Below are positions 1 to 8,591 of a stretch of DNA of 64,000 bases, piece after piece; the first letter of the stretch is position 1, and each line of letters starts with the position of its first letter. Under the pieces are notes generated by a model. That model was not told the origin of the DNA and ran no database searches. It saw only the letters and a program-made list of their open reading frames with translations. A program made the translations under genes and the position numbers. Origin of the DNA: a virus. Location: positions 1-64,000 of IMG/VR virus record IMGVR_UViG_3300023273_000426, one strand, 5' to 3'.

Positions 1-1403
1 GAGGTATTTAACAGCATAGGGCATCCTGTTTCTTCATACCAACGTTCTAACAGTTTTCTAAAGCCCACGCTTTGATTTGCAGAAACTGTCTGTACCCGAG
101 AGGTGCCGTCCCCGTGGACGATTGCAGGTAGTCCAGGATCTGTGCAAGTTGCAGTGTATTGCATAAAGGGGCTGACATATCCGTCGAAATAGGTAGACGC
201 ATGTTCCTCCAATACTGCTGGTGCAAATGGTCTAAACTTCTGTCTTTGCTTAATGGTGTTAACTCTATCTTTGATATCGGTTCCGCGGGGGTCTGCAAGG
301 AGGGAGCGATTACCAAAGGCTCTGGGTCCAAACTCAGCACGGCCGCTGGCAACACCACAAATACCAGTAGTAAGCAACTCATGTAATACTTCTTCAACTG
401 GATATTCTCCTTCTATGTTGTACCCTGTGTACATATGTGGCATAGGCATGTGTTGTTTTTTGTGTGCTAGTACACACCCTATAGCACTGCCTGCATCACC
501 CGGGTTGGGCATTATATACATATCGTTCCAATCGCTCTTGATGCTGCCATTGGCACTACAGTTTAGCGCACACCCTCCCATCAATACTAGGTTACCCGAT
601 GGAGATTTCCACCTAGCCCAGTTGCTGATATACTTGAGTAGGTACGAATAAACCGCTTGGGTAGCAGCAGCTATGTCAAACATATCCTGTTCAGTGGTAA
701 GGTCTGGTCTCCACCAGCTACACCCTCGGTGCAAGTTGTGCTTGAGCTTAATAGTAGGCTTGTTGAAAAACATCTGTTTGAAGCTATCGTGGTCAATAGG
801 GTGAAAAAATTCGTGTAGTATTTCGTTGAAGAACCTTAGGGGGTCTCCATACGCTGCCATACCCATGAGGATGTATTCGTCTTCCTGTGGCTTTAGTCCC
901 AGTCTTTGTGTGAACGCTGAGTACCATAGTCCCACGGAGTGTGGATACGTTTGTCTATAGATACGTTTGAGTCCTGTTTCTTTGTCAGCGTTCCAGATAG
1001 TGAGTGTATCAAACTCTCCAATACTGTCAATACAAACAACAGTGGCTTCTGTAAAAGGACTAGTATAAAACCCGGCAGCAGCATGGGCAAGGTGATGATC
1101 AGTATACCGAATAGGAGCATGTATCCCATAAGATCCAAGGTAACGACTAATATTGTTTTCACCCAACCGAAGTCCTTGACCTGCTCTAAACTGTCTAAGA
1201 GTTTTGAGACCAGGTCTCTCGTACCAAATAACTTCATTAGGCTCTCCCCATTGTCTTGCATAGTTAACTATCTCTTTATTGAGATGTGCATCGTTCTTAA
1301 CACCACTAAAGCGTTCACTGTGACTAGCAAACTCTAACCCGTCATCTGTAAACACTGCTAGTGCTGCGTCATGACTATTAGCACTGATACCCCAAGTAAT
1401 CAT
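1..1403 (-). CDS. Carbamoyltransferase, NodU/CmcH/TobZ family (partial; runs off the window start; absent from the ORF track)
   Basis: Manual translation from ATG 1403 is open to position 1: MITWGISANSHDAALAVF, HHLAHAAAGFYTSPF, GGCALNCSAN, PNPGDAGSAIG, GRAEFGPRAFGNRSLLADPR, RPFAPAV, VHGDGTSRVQTV, PMLLNTS. These are the characteristic family motifs. ATGA overlap with the upstream gene. Confidence 0.95.
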   Translation of the reverse strand, partial: MITWGISANSHDAALAVFTDDGLEFASHSERFSGVKNDAHLNKEIVNYARQWGEPNEVIWYERPGLKTLRQFRAGQGLRLGENNISRYLGSYGIHAPIRYTDHHLAHAAAGFYTSPFTEATVVCIDSIGEFDTLTIWNADKETGLKRIYRQTYPHSVGLWYSAFTQRLGLKPQEDEYILMGMAAYGDPLRFFNEILHEFFHPIDHDSFKQMFFNKPTIKLKHNLHRGCSWWRPDLTTEQDMFDIAAATQAVYSYLLKYISNWARWKSPSGNLVLMGGCALNCSANGSIKSDWNDMYIMPNPGDAGSAIGCVLAHKKQHMPMPHMYTGYNIEGEYPVEEVLHELLTTGICGVASGRAEFGPRAFGNRSLLADPRGTDIKDRVNTIKQRQKFRPFAPAVLEEHASTYFDGYVSPFMQYTATCTDPGLPAIVHGDGTSRVQTVSANQSVGFRKLLERWYEETGCPMLLNT

Positions 1404-1966
1404 AGTAGCTGCAATACCTCTTGTACGCCATTGGCTACATTCTTTTGCCAAGTATCTGCTTGGTGTGGTGTGCCTACATAATCAGTTATATATTTATAAC
1501 AAGTAAACTGTACATTCATACGTTTGCATACAAGTGCAATAGCATAGGCTTCCATATCAACTACATCTATTTTATTGTCCAACAACCAACGTCCGAGTTC
1601 ATGTACAAACTGATCTCCTGTTCCTAGTGTTAGACTAGGAGTCATATCGGGCGAAAAATCCAAGTACGGCAAGCCTGCTTCAAACGGAGTAACACCTCTT
1701 GGTGCTTGTGGTTCGGCATTCATATCACGCTGTACAAACTTGGTAATACGGTGTATGCCTTTTAACTCCGCTTGACAGCTTCCAACTGTGCCATAGTTGT
1801 ATACTTCAGGATGAAATCCTAAACTGTGTGCTTCTGCAATAGCTTGTGTGGCTGCAAATGCTGCATTTACTTTGCCTACACCTGTGTACACTACTTTGTA
1901 ATCGTTGGGTGCAAGTTTGTAAGGCAGTTCTGCTTCAAGTGCTACTAATAATATACGATATCTCAT
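1400..1966 (-). CDS. MTA/SAH nucleosidase-like (PNP_UDP_1 family) nucleoside phosphorylase
   Basis: TGVGKVNAA, NYGTVGS, LGTGDQFV, VVDMEAYAIA and KYITD motifs. Confidence 0.85.
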   Translation of the reverse strand: MRYRILLVALEAELPYKLAPNDYKVVYTGVGKVNAAFAATQAIAEAHSLGFHPEVYNYGTVGSCQAELKGIHRITKFVQRDMNAEPQAPRGVTPFEAGLPYLDFSPDMTPSLTLGTGDQFVHELGRWLLDNKIDVVDMEAYAIALVCKRMNVQFTCYKYITDYVGTPHQADTWQKNVANGVQEVLQLL

Positions 1967-2085
1967 TTGTAAATAAACGGGTCCTTCTTGCGTAGTTCTT
2001 TCAAACGTTTTCTAAAACGTATTTCTTCTTTGATACGTGTGTAAGGCCATATGATAATGTCCCGAATCCTTTTTAGGTAAACCAT
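1963..2085 (-). CDS. Small basic 40-aa protein ending RKKDPFIYK (below the ORF-track cutoff)
   Basis: MVYLKRIRDIIIWPYTRIKEEIRFRKRLKELRKKDPFIYK*. It fills the gap exactly, overlaps the primase stop and has an ATGA overlap with the next gene. Confidence 0.75.
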   Translation of the reverse strand: MVYLKRIRDIIIWPYTRIKEEIRFRKRLKELRKKDPFIYK

Positions 2086-3053
2086 TTTTTTGCTCTCAAT
2101 CTAATCTTTAATGTGCTGCTTTCGGCAGCACTGGCAATACTGTATAATGTATATAGTCTTCCATAACGTTGTACAGCATCGCCAATGTCGTTTATGTCCA
2201 TATCCCAGTTAGGCAAACTTACTTGCCATCCTAGTTCAATAGCTTGTTCAACTAGTTTGCTGCCTGCTTTATCTCGATCAGGAACTACAATAACATCTTT
2301 ATTTAATCTATTAATCAGCAATGCTTGTGCATCATTGATTTCACTGCCGCCTAATGCACACCCGTCAACGTGTAGTGCATCCACTTGTCCTTCACAAACA
2401 ATAGCAAACACTTTGTTGTAGCCTTGTTCGTCTAATCCATAAACAAATCCAGGCTGTACTTCCATAAGATACTTGGGCTTCTTGTCTGCTGCGATAGTTC
2501 TAGCAGTCCATCCTACAATACGTTTTTCATAGTAGAATGGAATAATAAGTCTATCACGATATGCTAGACTAGGGCTCCAATAGTAATCAGTATCATCTAA
2601 GTTTAGATTACGTGTAGCCATATATTCAAGTATAGCCATACTAAACTTGTTAAACTCTGTAATGTCTGCAATCTTAACTGCGTCTGGCGGCAATGGTACA
2701 GTTTCAAATGTAGGCAGCTCTATCTTACGCTCTGCTACTTCAACGCCTTCGTTTATACGCATCACATCAAACGTTAGCTTCGTTATTGTATCATCACTAC
2801 AACCAAGCCATTGTAGTAGCTTACGTAGCTTGTGCGACACCGGTCTGCCTGGTTGCCAGCTTGCTTTGTATCCACAGTTAAAGCAGTGATAGCTAACAGT
2901 ATCGCCTTCAGAGATAAGTCCGCCACGCCCACGTTTGTCTGCACTATCGCCATTGTGATGACAGCAAGGTGCATTGAAGCTGGTCCAACCACTAGGTGTA
3001 GTTTTACGCTTTCCAGGCAAGTGTGCTGTGATTGTGTCGGATACAATACTCAT
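2073..3053 (-). CDS. DNA primase (T4 gp61-like, Zn finger plus TOPRIM)
   Basis: N-terminal PCC...HCFNCG zinc-binding region; RLIIPFY...GWTAR; TOPRIM motifs VCEGQVDA and VVPDRDKAG. Confidence 0.9.
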   Translation of the reverse strand: MSIVSDTITAHLPGKRKTTPSGWTSFNAPCCHHNGDSADKRGRGGLISEGDTVSYHCFNCGYKASWQPGRPVSHKLRKLLQWLGCSDDTITKLTFDVMRINEGVEVAERKIELPTFETVPLPPDAVKIADITEFNKFSMAILEYMATRNLNLDDTDYYWSPSLAYRDRLIIPFYYEKRIVGWTARTIAADKKPKYLMEVQPGFVYGLDEQGYNKVFAIVCEGQVDALHVDGCALGGSEINDAQALLINRLNKDVIVVPDRDKAGSKLVEQAIELGWQVSLPNWDMDINDIGDAVQRYGRLYTLYSIASAAESSTLKIRLRAKKWFT

Positions 3054-3059
3054 ACTATT

Positions 3060-3087
3060 ATTATAGCATCAGTATCCAGATTGTCAA
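3060..3087 (-). promoter_or_regulatory. Sigma70-type promoter of primase (leaderless arrangement)
   Basis: Minus strand reads TTGACA-16 nt-TATAAT with a TGn extension, then 6 nt and the ATG. No Shine-Dalgarno. Confidence 0.8.
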
Positions 3088-4077
3088 TCAGTTTCTAACA
3101 AGTATTTTTGATATCTTATCTGTTGGATCTGTTTCGGTATAAAAACGCAAGTGACTAAACACACCGTTGAAGTTTACAGGAGTTGGTTCTGTTTCAGTTC
3201 CGTCTAGTGTTACTGTAGTAATATTTGCCCATGTTGTATTCAATGTTACTTGATTTTCCAATGTACCCTGTACTACAATATCTCCAGCAAACTCATTTGT
3301 GTATAATGCTGCTGTATGCAATGCAATGTTGCCATTAAGTCCTGGCTGTGCATCCAAACTTTCAGTACTCCAATCAGTTGGTGATTTTTGATCGCTTACA
3401 AAACCAGTTATGCTGTAAGTATCTAATGGGCCTGGAAATGCAAACCCATCGATAAACATAGTTCCTTTTGCTTCAAAATGTGCTTCGCTGTATGTTAGTG
3501 TTTTGGCGCCTGTAGTATCTACAAGATAGATTGCATATTTGGTATACTGTTGTTTTAGATTTAATAAATCGTTTTCAGTTACATTTACAGTAAATACGCC
3601 TTTTTGTGTATTTGTTTGAAATGTAATACTAGTACCAGCTGGAACAGCAGCAGAAGAACTTTTGTTTAGTGTTACTGTATTTCCTGCTATTGCACTTACT
3701 AAAGTATTACGTTTGATATACGTTCCTGTAACAGTTTGACCAACTGCAATGCCACTTGTACTACTAAATTCAAGTGTTGTATCTGCTGCACTTTCAGCTG
3801 CGGTTGTAGTTTTAGATACTACATCATCTAATACGGTTCCATCATGTTCAACAACTAGGTTATTATTTTCATCAAACATCATAAACTTGGGGGTGTATCC
3901 TTGTAGGCTAACTGGTTTTTGATCATGATTTTTAACTTCAAAATGTAGTAAGTTGTCTATACCTCGATAAACGTTTAGGGTTTTTTGATACACTGGTCTA
4001 TACTCCGTTATGAATCCTGCCAGATTGGCAACGATGGTAACTTGGTTCTTTGCTAAATATCTATAAGTTTTCTGCAT
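3088..4077 (-). CDS. Hypothetical protein, probably virion-associated (beta-rich)
   Basis: 329-aa ORF behind a TAAATA late-type motif. It contains a GQTVTGTYIKRNTLVSAI module resembling one in the giant fibre. Confidence 0.6.
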   Translation of the reverse strand: MQKTYRYLAKNQVTIVANLAGFITEYRPVYQKTLNVYRGIDNLLHFEVKNHDQKPVSLQGYTPKFMMFDENNNLVVEHDGTVLDDVVSKTTTAAESAADTTLEFSSTSGIAVGQTVTGTYIKRNTLVSAIAGNTVTLNKSSSAAVPAGTSITFQTNTQKGVFTVNVTENDLLNLKQQYTKYAIYLVDTTGAKTLTYSEAHFEAKGTMFIDGFAFPGPLDTYSITGFVSDQKSPTDWSTESLDAQPGLNGNIALHTAALYTNEFAGDIVVQGTLENQVTLNTTWANITTVTLDGTETEPTPVNFNGVFSHLRFYTETDPTDKISKILVRN

Positions 4078-4096
4078 CGGCGGGACCTTTTTTATA

Positions 4097-4106
4097 TAAG
4101 TATTTA
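4097..4106. promoter_or_regulatory. Overlapping divergent late-type motifs: TAAGTA (+, 4097-4102) and TAAATA (-, 4101-4106)
   Basis: They lie in the 33-bp gap between divergent genes. The same hexamer precedes most structural genes. Confidence 0.55.
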
Positions 4107-4110
4107 TGGT

Positions 4111-4482
4111 ATGTTATTAAAAGATATAGAACAAAAATTTCCTTTTCTAAGTGTAGTAGCATACGGCGGCAATGAATATGTAGGAATCATTGTTAATCAA
4201 GATGTAACAGTAACAACTATGTATCTATACACCAAACTTAAAACGTCTGCACATAAAGAGCTATTAATCGAACTTGGTGAAATATGGTGGTGGGAGTCGA
4301 ATAGGATGATTCCTATTAATATTTTCTTACGTAAAGAAATACAAGATATTAGCTATAGTTTAATGACCATGAATACCAAAGATGTTAAGGTTATTGTTGG
4401 CCCGTGTGTTAATCTAAACAATCTAACTATAAAACGTATTAAACGCAAAAGCGTTCAAGTTATGCGGAAGCCTGCTCGTTAA
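4111..4482 (+). CDS. Hypothetical protein (WWWESNRMIPINIF motif)
   Basis: 123-aa ORF occupying an otherwise empty interval, with plausible composition. Confidence 0.75.
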   Translation: MLLKDIEQKFPFLSVVAYGGNEYVGIIVNQDVTVTTMYLYTKLKTSAHKELLIELGEIWWWESNRMIPINIFLRKEIQDISYSLMTMNTKDVKVIVGPCVNLNNLTIKRIKRKSVQVMRKPAR

Positions 4483-5032
4483 GTTGTTCGCATACTAAAT
4501 TCATATGCACAACACACGCCGCAGCATAACTAACAGCATGTGCTTTCTTAAAGAAGTAACTTCCGTCAGTGGGTGCGACCCACACACTTTCTAATATCGT
4601 TGTCCAAGTTTCGTTGACAAGATGGCGTTTGGCAGGCCGAATCATCGCTAACACTGCTGCTAATTGTTCTACGCTTTGTGGCTTTGTTTTGCGTAGGATT
4701 TCCCCATGTCCGGAGATATGAAAGATAAGATTTGTGAAATCGTCGTGTTGTAAAAGACTCCATTCGGGTTCCTTGTTCATTAGTGTTGTTAAATGATCTT
4801 CGTCTTTGATATTGTTGTAAATGTTTACATTCAAAAAGTCAAGTTTGAAATAGCCTCTATCTTCTGCTGTCTTGTAATCAATAGTACTCAAGTTATCAAT
4901 AGGATTATGCGGACACTCGGTTACATACACACCAGTGTTGTGCTTCTTTCCTGTATCAAGTTTTGCCACACGGTGTTGTATCTTAGATAAGATAACACTG
5001 CGATCAGCAAAGTCGATGTCAATATCCGGCAT
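4460..5032 (-). CDS. Miniature DNA polymerase III alpha (DnaE, family C) catalytic-core protein
   Basis: PDIDIDF, HNTGVY, FKLDFL, KPQSVEQLAAVLAMIRP and YFFKKAHAVSYA match ordered DnaE motifs in only 190 aa. Confidence 0.85.
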   Translation of the reverse strand: MPDIDIDFADRSVILSKIQHRVAKLDTGKKHNTGVYVTECPHNPIDNLSTIDYKTAEDRGYFKLDFLNVNIYNNIKDEDHLTTLMNKEPEWSLLQHDDFTNLIFHISGHGEILRKTKPQSVEQLAAVLAMIRPAKRHLVNETWTTILESVWVAPTDGSYFFKKAHAVSYAAACVVHMNLVCEQLNEQASA

Positions 5033-5421
5033 TAGAGTTTACCTTCTTCTCTCATTTGTTTTCTTATTTTAGTAGCACTAATATCGTGTATGTCTTTGCC
5101 CAAGTCATGTTCGGTAAATGAATATCCTACACTGCGTCCATAACTAATATCTACAATGTTTGGTACTTTTGCTATTTCGTATTCTTTGTGCAATGTATAT
5201 CCAACTTGTTTTAATCCTGTAATAATATTGTTTCTAACTACATAGTAATCAAATGGATTGTCATCTTGGCCAGGTCCTGCATCCTCACCTTGAACATCTC
5301 TGCACATAATAATAACTTGACCAGTTTTTTCCATTGCACGTTTGAATAGTTCAGTGTGACCATCGTGCCAGGGTTGCCATCGTCCTAGCATTTGTGTGGT
5401 TGGCTTCTTCCAATCAAACAT
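5032..5421 (-). CDS. HxGH nucleotidylyltransferase (cytidylyltransferase-like)
   Basis: GRWQPWHDGH motif and C-terminal ISATKIR. Confidence 0.85.
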   Translation of the reverse strand: MFDWKKPTTQMLGRWQPWHDGHTELFKRAMEKTGQVIIMCRDVQGEDAGPGQDDNPFDYYVVRNNIITGLKQVGYTLHKEYEIAKVPNIVDISYGRSVGYSFTEHDLGKDIHDISATKIRKQMREEGKL

Positions 5422-5845
5422 TTTTCTCTCTCCATTGCTGATATCTTTTTACAGCAAGCATTAATGTATTATGAGTATCTGTAAACCATTCACTAACACG
5501 ATAGTCTACAACATCCGGTGTTTCGAATATTGCATTTGTATCTTCGTAACGGCCTTCTTTGATAGTATCCATCCACACAGTAAAGTCTGCATCAAACTTT
5601 TTACGAGTTTCTTCAGTAGGACACACAAAGTCACATACAGCAACCCTTCCAGCAGATACAACGCCATCTGCAATCATACTCATACGAAATGCCTGGCGTT
5701 CTCTACCTTCTTTGCTAAAATCCCAGTCTTTGTATTTTTCTCTAACAACATCTGCATTGATATGTACGCCGCCGATTAGTTCTGCAAATGGTTTTGCCAA
5801 TGTTGATTTACCACTGCCTGGTAATCCAAATATTAATATTTTCAT
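5414..5845 (-). CDS. Adenylylsulfate (APS) kinase-like P-loop kinase
   Basis: GLPGSGKSTLA, NADVVR, DFSKEGRERQ and DFVCPTEETR resemble CysC. Confidence 0.8.
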   Translation of the reverse strand: MKILIFGLPGSGKSTLAKPFAELIGGVHINADVVREKYKDWDFSKEGRERQAFRMSMIADGVVSAGRVAVCDFVCPTEETRKKFDADFTVWMDTIKEGRYEDTNAIFETPDVVDYRVSEWFTDTHNTLMLAVKRYQQWREKNV

Positions 5846-6522
5846 AACTTAGCTTCTTTCACAACCTGTCTTACTAGATCAACATCATTTGGGTTGCGTT
5901 TAAATCTCATTGCCCAGTGTCCTGGCTCTAGTACTGTACCTAACATAGTTAACTGTTCGTCATTAAAGTTATTTAGTGCAGCTTTGCCTGTTTTACAATT
6001 TAGTACCAGCCATGGAGATATTTTTCCATCTCTAATATCCCAAGTAATTCTATTTGTACTTGCGTGTTCAAAGTAATGATTGTACAAACTACTATTTTCT
6101 TTTGCCCAGTTTACCATAGTATCAATACTACGTTCGAGAGCAGTTTGGACGCCTTCTTTGCGAATAAGTTCGTTGGCGTATTTTTCATACATTTCTTCTC
6201 TACACCAATGATCAAGTTTTACATTACTAGTAACAACATAGTCAATGTACTTGTCAGGATACAGCGGTCTTACGTTGTTAACAAAACTTCCAAACTTAAC
6301 AAATGCATTGTAGAAACTACTTTTAACAAACTCGTCATAGCTTTTTTCTTTTTTATTACCTGCACTTAACTTGTAAAATCTTTGAAATGCGTAAAATCCA
6401 ATAGTTACTCGCTTTTCATCTTTTTGTAGCCAACGTCTTTTAGGCTCACACATATGGGCAATAAGAGTACTTTCTTTTGAATAACTTTTATTACAATATT
6501 CACATGTATATTTAGATGTCAA
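5842..6522 (-). CDS. Hypothetical protein with an N-terminal zinc-finger-like motif
   Basis: CEYCNKSYSKESTLIAHMC. The start is probably TTG 6522, since the track's 6603 start overlaps the upstream gene. Confidence 0.65.
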   Translation of the reverse strand: MTSKYTCEYCNKSYSKESTLIAHMCEPKRRWLQKDEKRVTIGFYAFQRFYKLSAGNKKEKSYDEFVKSSFYNAFVKFGSFVNNVRPLYPDKYIDYVVTSNVKLDHWCREEMYEKYANELIRKEGVQTALERSIDTMVNWAKENSSLYNHYFEHASTNRITWDIRDGKISPWLVLNCKTGKAALNNFNDEQLTMLGTVLEPGHWAMRFKRNPNDVDLVRQVVKEAKL

Positions 6523-6982
6523 CTTTTTCGTATCCGTGATCGTTTGCAAGTTGCTTGATTTCTTTTTTTGTAGATATTCTAGCAAGTGTTTCAACCTCAT
6601 CAAGTTTCATATTAGGATATATTTGCGATAATAGTTTTACTTCTTTACTACTATCGTCTTTCTTTTTCTTGAGTCCTATCCAAGGATGGAACTGTTGTTT
6701 TCCTGTATTACCTGCTACACACAACAACTGCCATTGCAGTTTGATATGATTGGTGCCACCTAGTACATTCCAGTTTTTGTTGTAGTATTCGTTGACTTTG
6801 AACACTGCTAGTGCAGTTTTTTCATAGTTACCTTTAACACTACTAATATATCGATTGAGATTCCACAGGTCGCCTTTGATATCTTTTCTGCCAACATCAC
6901 TAGCAGCATCGTATAACTCTTTCATGTTGTTATCGATTGCTGGTATTAATACTTTAAACAAGTCCAGTTCTTTATTTGGCAT
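6512..6982 (-). CDS. Probable clamp-loader small subunit (T4 gp62-like)
   Basis: Size and pattern (LNRYIS...N...LQWQLL...HPWIGLKKK...LSQIYPNMKLDEVETL) and a replication-gene context. Start at ATG 6982. Confidence 0.55.
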   Translation of the reverse strand: MPNKELDLFKVLIPAIDNNMKELYDAASDVGRKDIKGDLWNLNRYISSVKGNYEKTALAVFKVNEYYNKNWNVLGGTNHIKLQWQLLCVAGNTGKQQFHPWIGLKKKKDDSSKEVKLLSQIYPNMKLDEVETLARISTKKEIKQLANDHGYEKVDI

Positions 6983-7142
6983 CCGCTGGTTTCTTTTCTG
7001 CTGGTTTCTTTTTCTTGCCCCAAGTGTATACAATATCGTCTTGTTCAGTTTTTGCTCCAGGAGGGCATACTTCTACTTTGTTTCCCTTGGATAACCATTC
7101 ATCTATTGCTGCTTGATCGCTTTTAGTTATTTCGTATCTCAT
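6972..7142 (-). CDS. Small 56-aa protein with a SutA RNAP-binding-domain-like motif (below the ORF-track cutoff)
   Basis: MRYEITKSDQAAIDEWLSKGNKVEVCPPGAKTEQDDIVYTWGKKKKPAEKKPADAK*. It fills the gap between kdsB and the gp62-like gene. Confidence 0.7.
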   Translation of the reverse strand: MRYEITKSDQAAIDEWLSKGNKVEVCPPGAKTEQDDIVYTWGKKKKPAEKKPADAK

Positions 7143-7803
7143 TTTTAATGTGCCAATCTTTTAGATCTTGGGGTGAATTTATTTCAATGCCATCAAACTC
7201 AACTTCAACAACACCAATCCTAATACTATTTTGTATCCAACGCAGTTGCTCAAGTTGTTCTAATGTTTCTTCTGTATACTTGGTGCTTGCATTGTACATT
7301 GCCTTTACTTCTCTGTTGTATCCGTAAATACCTAAGTGATGATCTCCGTATGGCAAACTAGCTCTTAAGAACCAATGTGCCCTACCTCTATTATGTATCA
7401 TTTTAACACAGTTTGGATCACTTCGCAAGTTAAAATCCATTGTAGTATATGCAGTTGCTACATCGCTGCGTTGTAGTTCTGCTTCAACTGCACGAATGAT
7501 ATCTTCTGTAATATCAGGCATGTCGCCTTGTACATTTATGTAACGATCGTATTCTAATACTTTGTCGATTACTTGCATACAACGTTCGGTGCCGTTTTCC
7601 GCTTCTGTGGTCCAAAGACATTTAGTTGCACCAAGATAATTATATACCGTTTGATCGTCGGTTAGCACATATGTGTCTAATCCTGTAGCAGCACATTTGT
7701 TGTAAATGTGTTCTATCATAGGCACACCGTTTAACGGTGCCATAACCTTGCCAGGAAATCTTGTACTAGCGTATCTAGCAGGTATTAATATTGCTGTGGT
7801 CAT
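7123..7803 (-). CDS. kdsB: 3-deoxy-manno-octulosonate cytidylyltransferase (CMP-Kdo synthetase)
   Basis: IPARYASTRFPGK, NGTERC, INVQGDMP, DPNCVK, HLGIYGY, LEQLEQLRW and INSPQDL. Start 7803 gives an ATGA overlap with kdsA. Confidence 0.93.
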   Translation of the reverse strand: MTTAILIPARYASTRFPGKVMAPLNGVPMIEHIYNKCAATGLDTYVLTDDQTVYNYLGATKCLWTTEAENGTERCMQVIDKVLEYDRYINVQGDMPDITEDIIRAVEAELQRSDVATAYTTMDFNLRSDPNCVKMIHNRGRAHWFLRASLPYGDHHLGIYGYNREVKAMYNASTKYTEETLEQLEQLRWIQNSIRIGVVEVEFDGIEINSPQDLKDWHIKNEIRNN

Positions 7804-8591
7804 AGCCAACTCCATCCTCTAGCAGCATCGCTGATTACTTTAATCTGCTTTACTGTATCTTCAAAGTCTTCTAGTCGTAACATATTAGGACCGTCACTAG
7901 GCGCATTGTCTGGGTCGGCATGTACTTCTAAGAAGAAGTTGCTAATGCCCATAGCAGCGGCAGCACGAGCAAGACCTGGGACGTAATCACGATTACCGCC
8001 AGACGATTCACCGGCCCCTCCAGGTTTTTGTACTGAGTGCGTTGCGTCAAATACGATCGGAACGCTAAAGTTATCAAGCATGTACTGCATACCATTAAAA
8101 TCGACCACAAGATTGTTATATCCAAAGCTAGTTCCTCTTTCTGTTATCCATACTTCTTTAGCACCTTCTGTTTTTGAAAGGATACCTTTTACGTCCCACG
8201 GTGCAAGAAACTGTCCTTTTTTGATATTTACAACTTTGTCTGTAGCACAGGCTGCTTGTATTAGATCAGTTTGTCTACATAAGAATGCAGGAATCTGTAG
8301 TACATCGATTGCATCATCAAACTCGTCTCTAATAGTATGCACTTGGCGCACATCGTGTACATCTGTGAGAGTTTTTACTCCAAGTGTTTTTTTGATTTCA
8401 CGAAAGTCAAACAGTGTTGCGTACAGTCCTTGTCCGCGTTCGCCGTTTGCACTTGTACGGTTAGCTTTGTCGTAACTAGCCTTGAAGATATATTCTATGC
8501 CGTACTTGTCGCATACACGCTTGCATTCTTTAGCAATCTCTGCTGATTGTGCTAGTGTCTCGTGCTGGCATGGTCCTGCGATAATTCTCAT
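7800..8591 (-). CDS. kdsA: KDO 8-phosphate synthase
   Basis: IAGPCQ, FKASYDKANRTS, LQIPAFLCRQTDL, NIKKGQFLAPW, ERGTSFGY, FDATHSVQKPGG and APSDGPN. Confidence 0.97.
   Translation of the reverse strand: MRIIAGPCQHETLAQSAEIAKECKRVCDKYGIEYIFKASYDKANRTSANGERGQGLYATLFDFREIKKTLGVKTLTDVHDVRQVHTIRDEFDDAIDVLQIPAFLCRQTDLIQAACATDKVVNIKKGQFLAPWDVKGILSKTEGAKEVWITERGTSFGYNNLVVDFNGMQYMLDNFSVPIVFDATHSVQKPGGAGESSGGNRDYVPGLARAAAAMGISNFFLEVHADPDNAPSDGPNMLRLEDFEDTVKQIKVISDAARGWSWL

Noticed and set aside
47-1337. Track ORFs 47..397, 159..386, 253..651, 893..1261 and 939..1337, some resembling signal-peptide or membrane proteins
   Set aside because: They are shadow frames of the carbamoyltransferase (1403 to <1), which the track missed because its stop lies outside the window.
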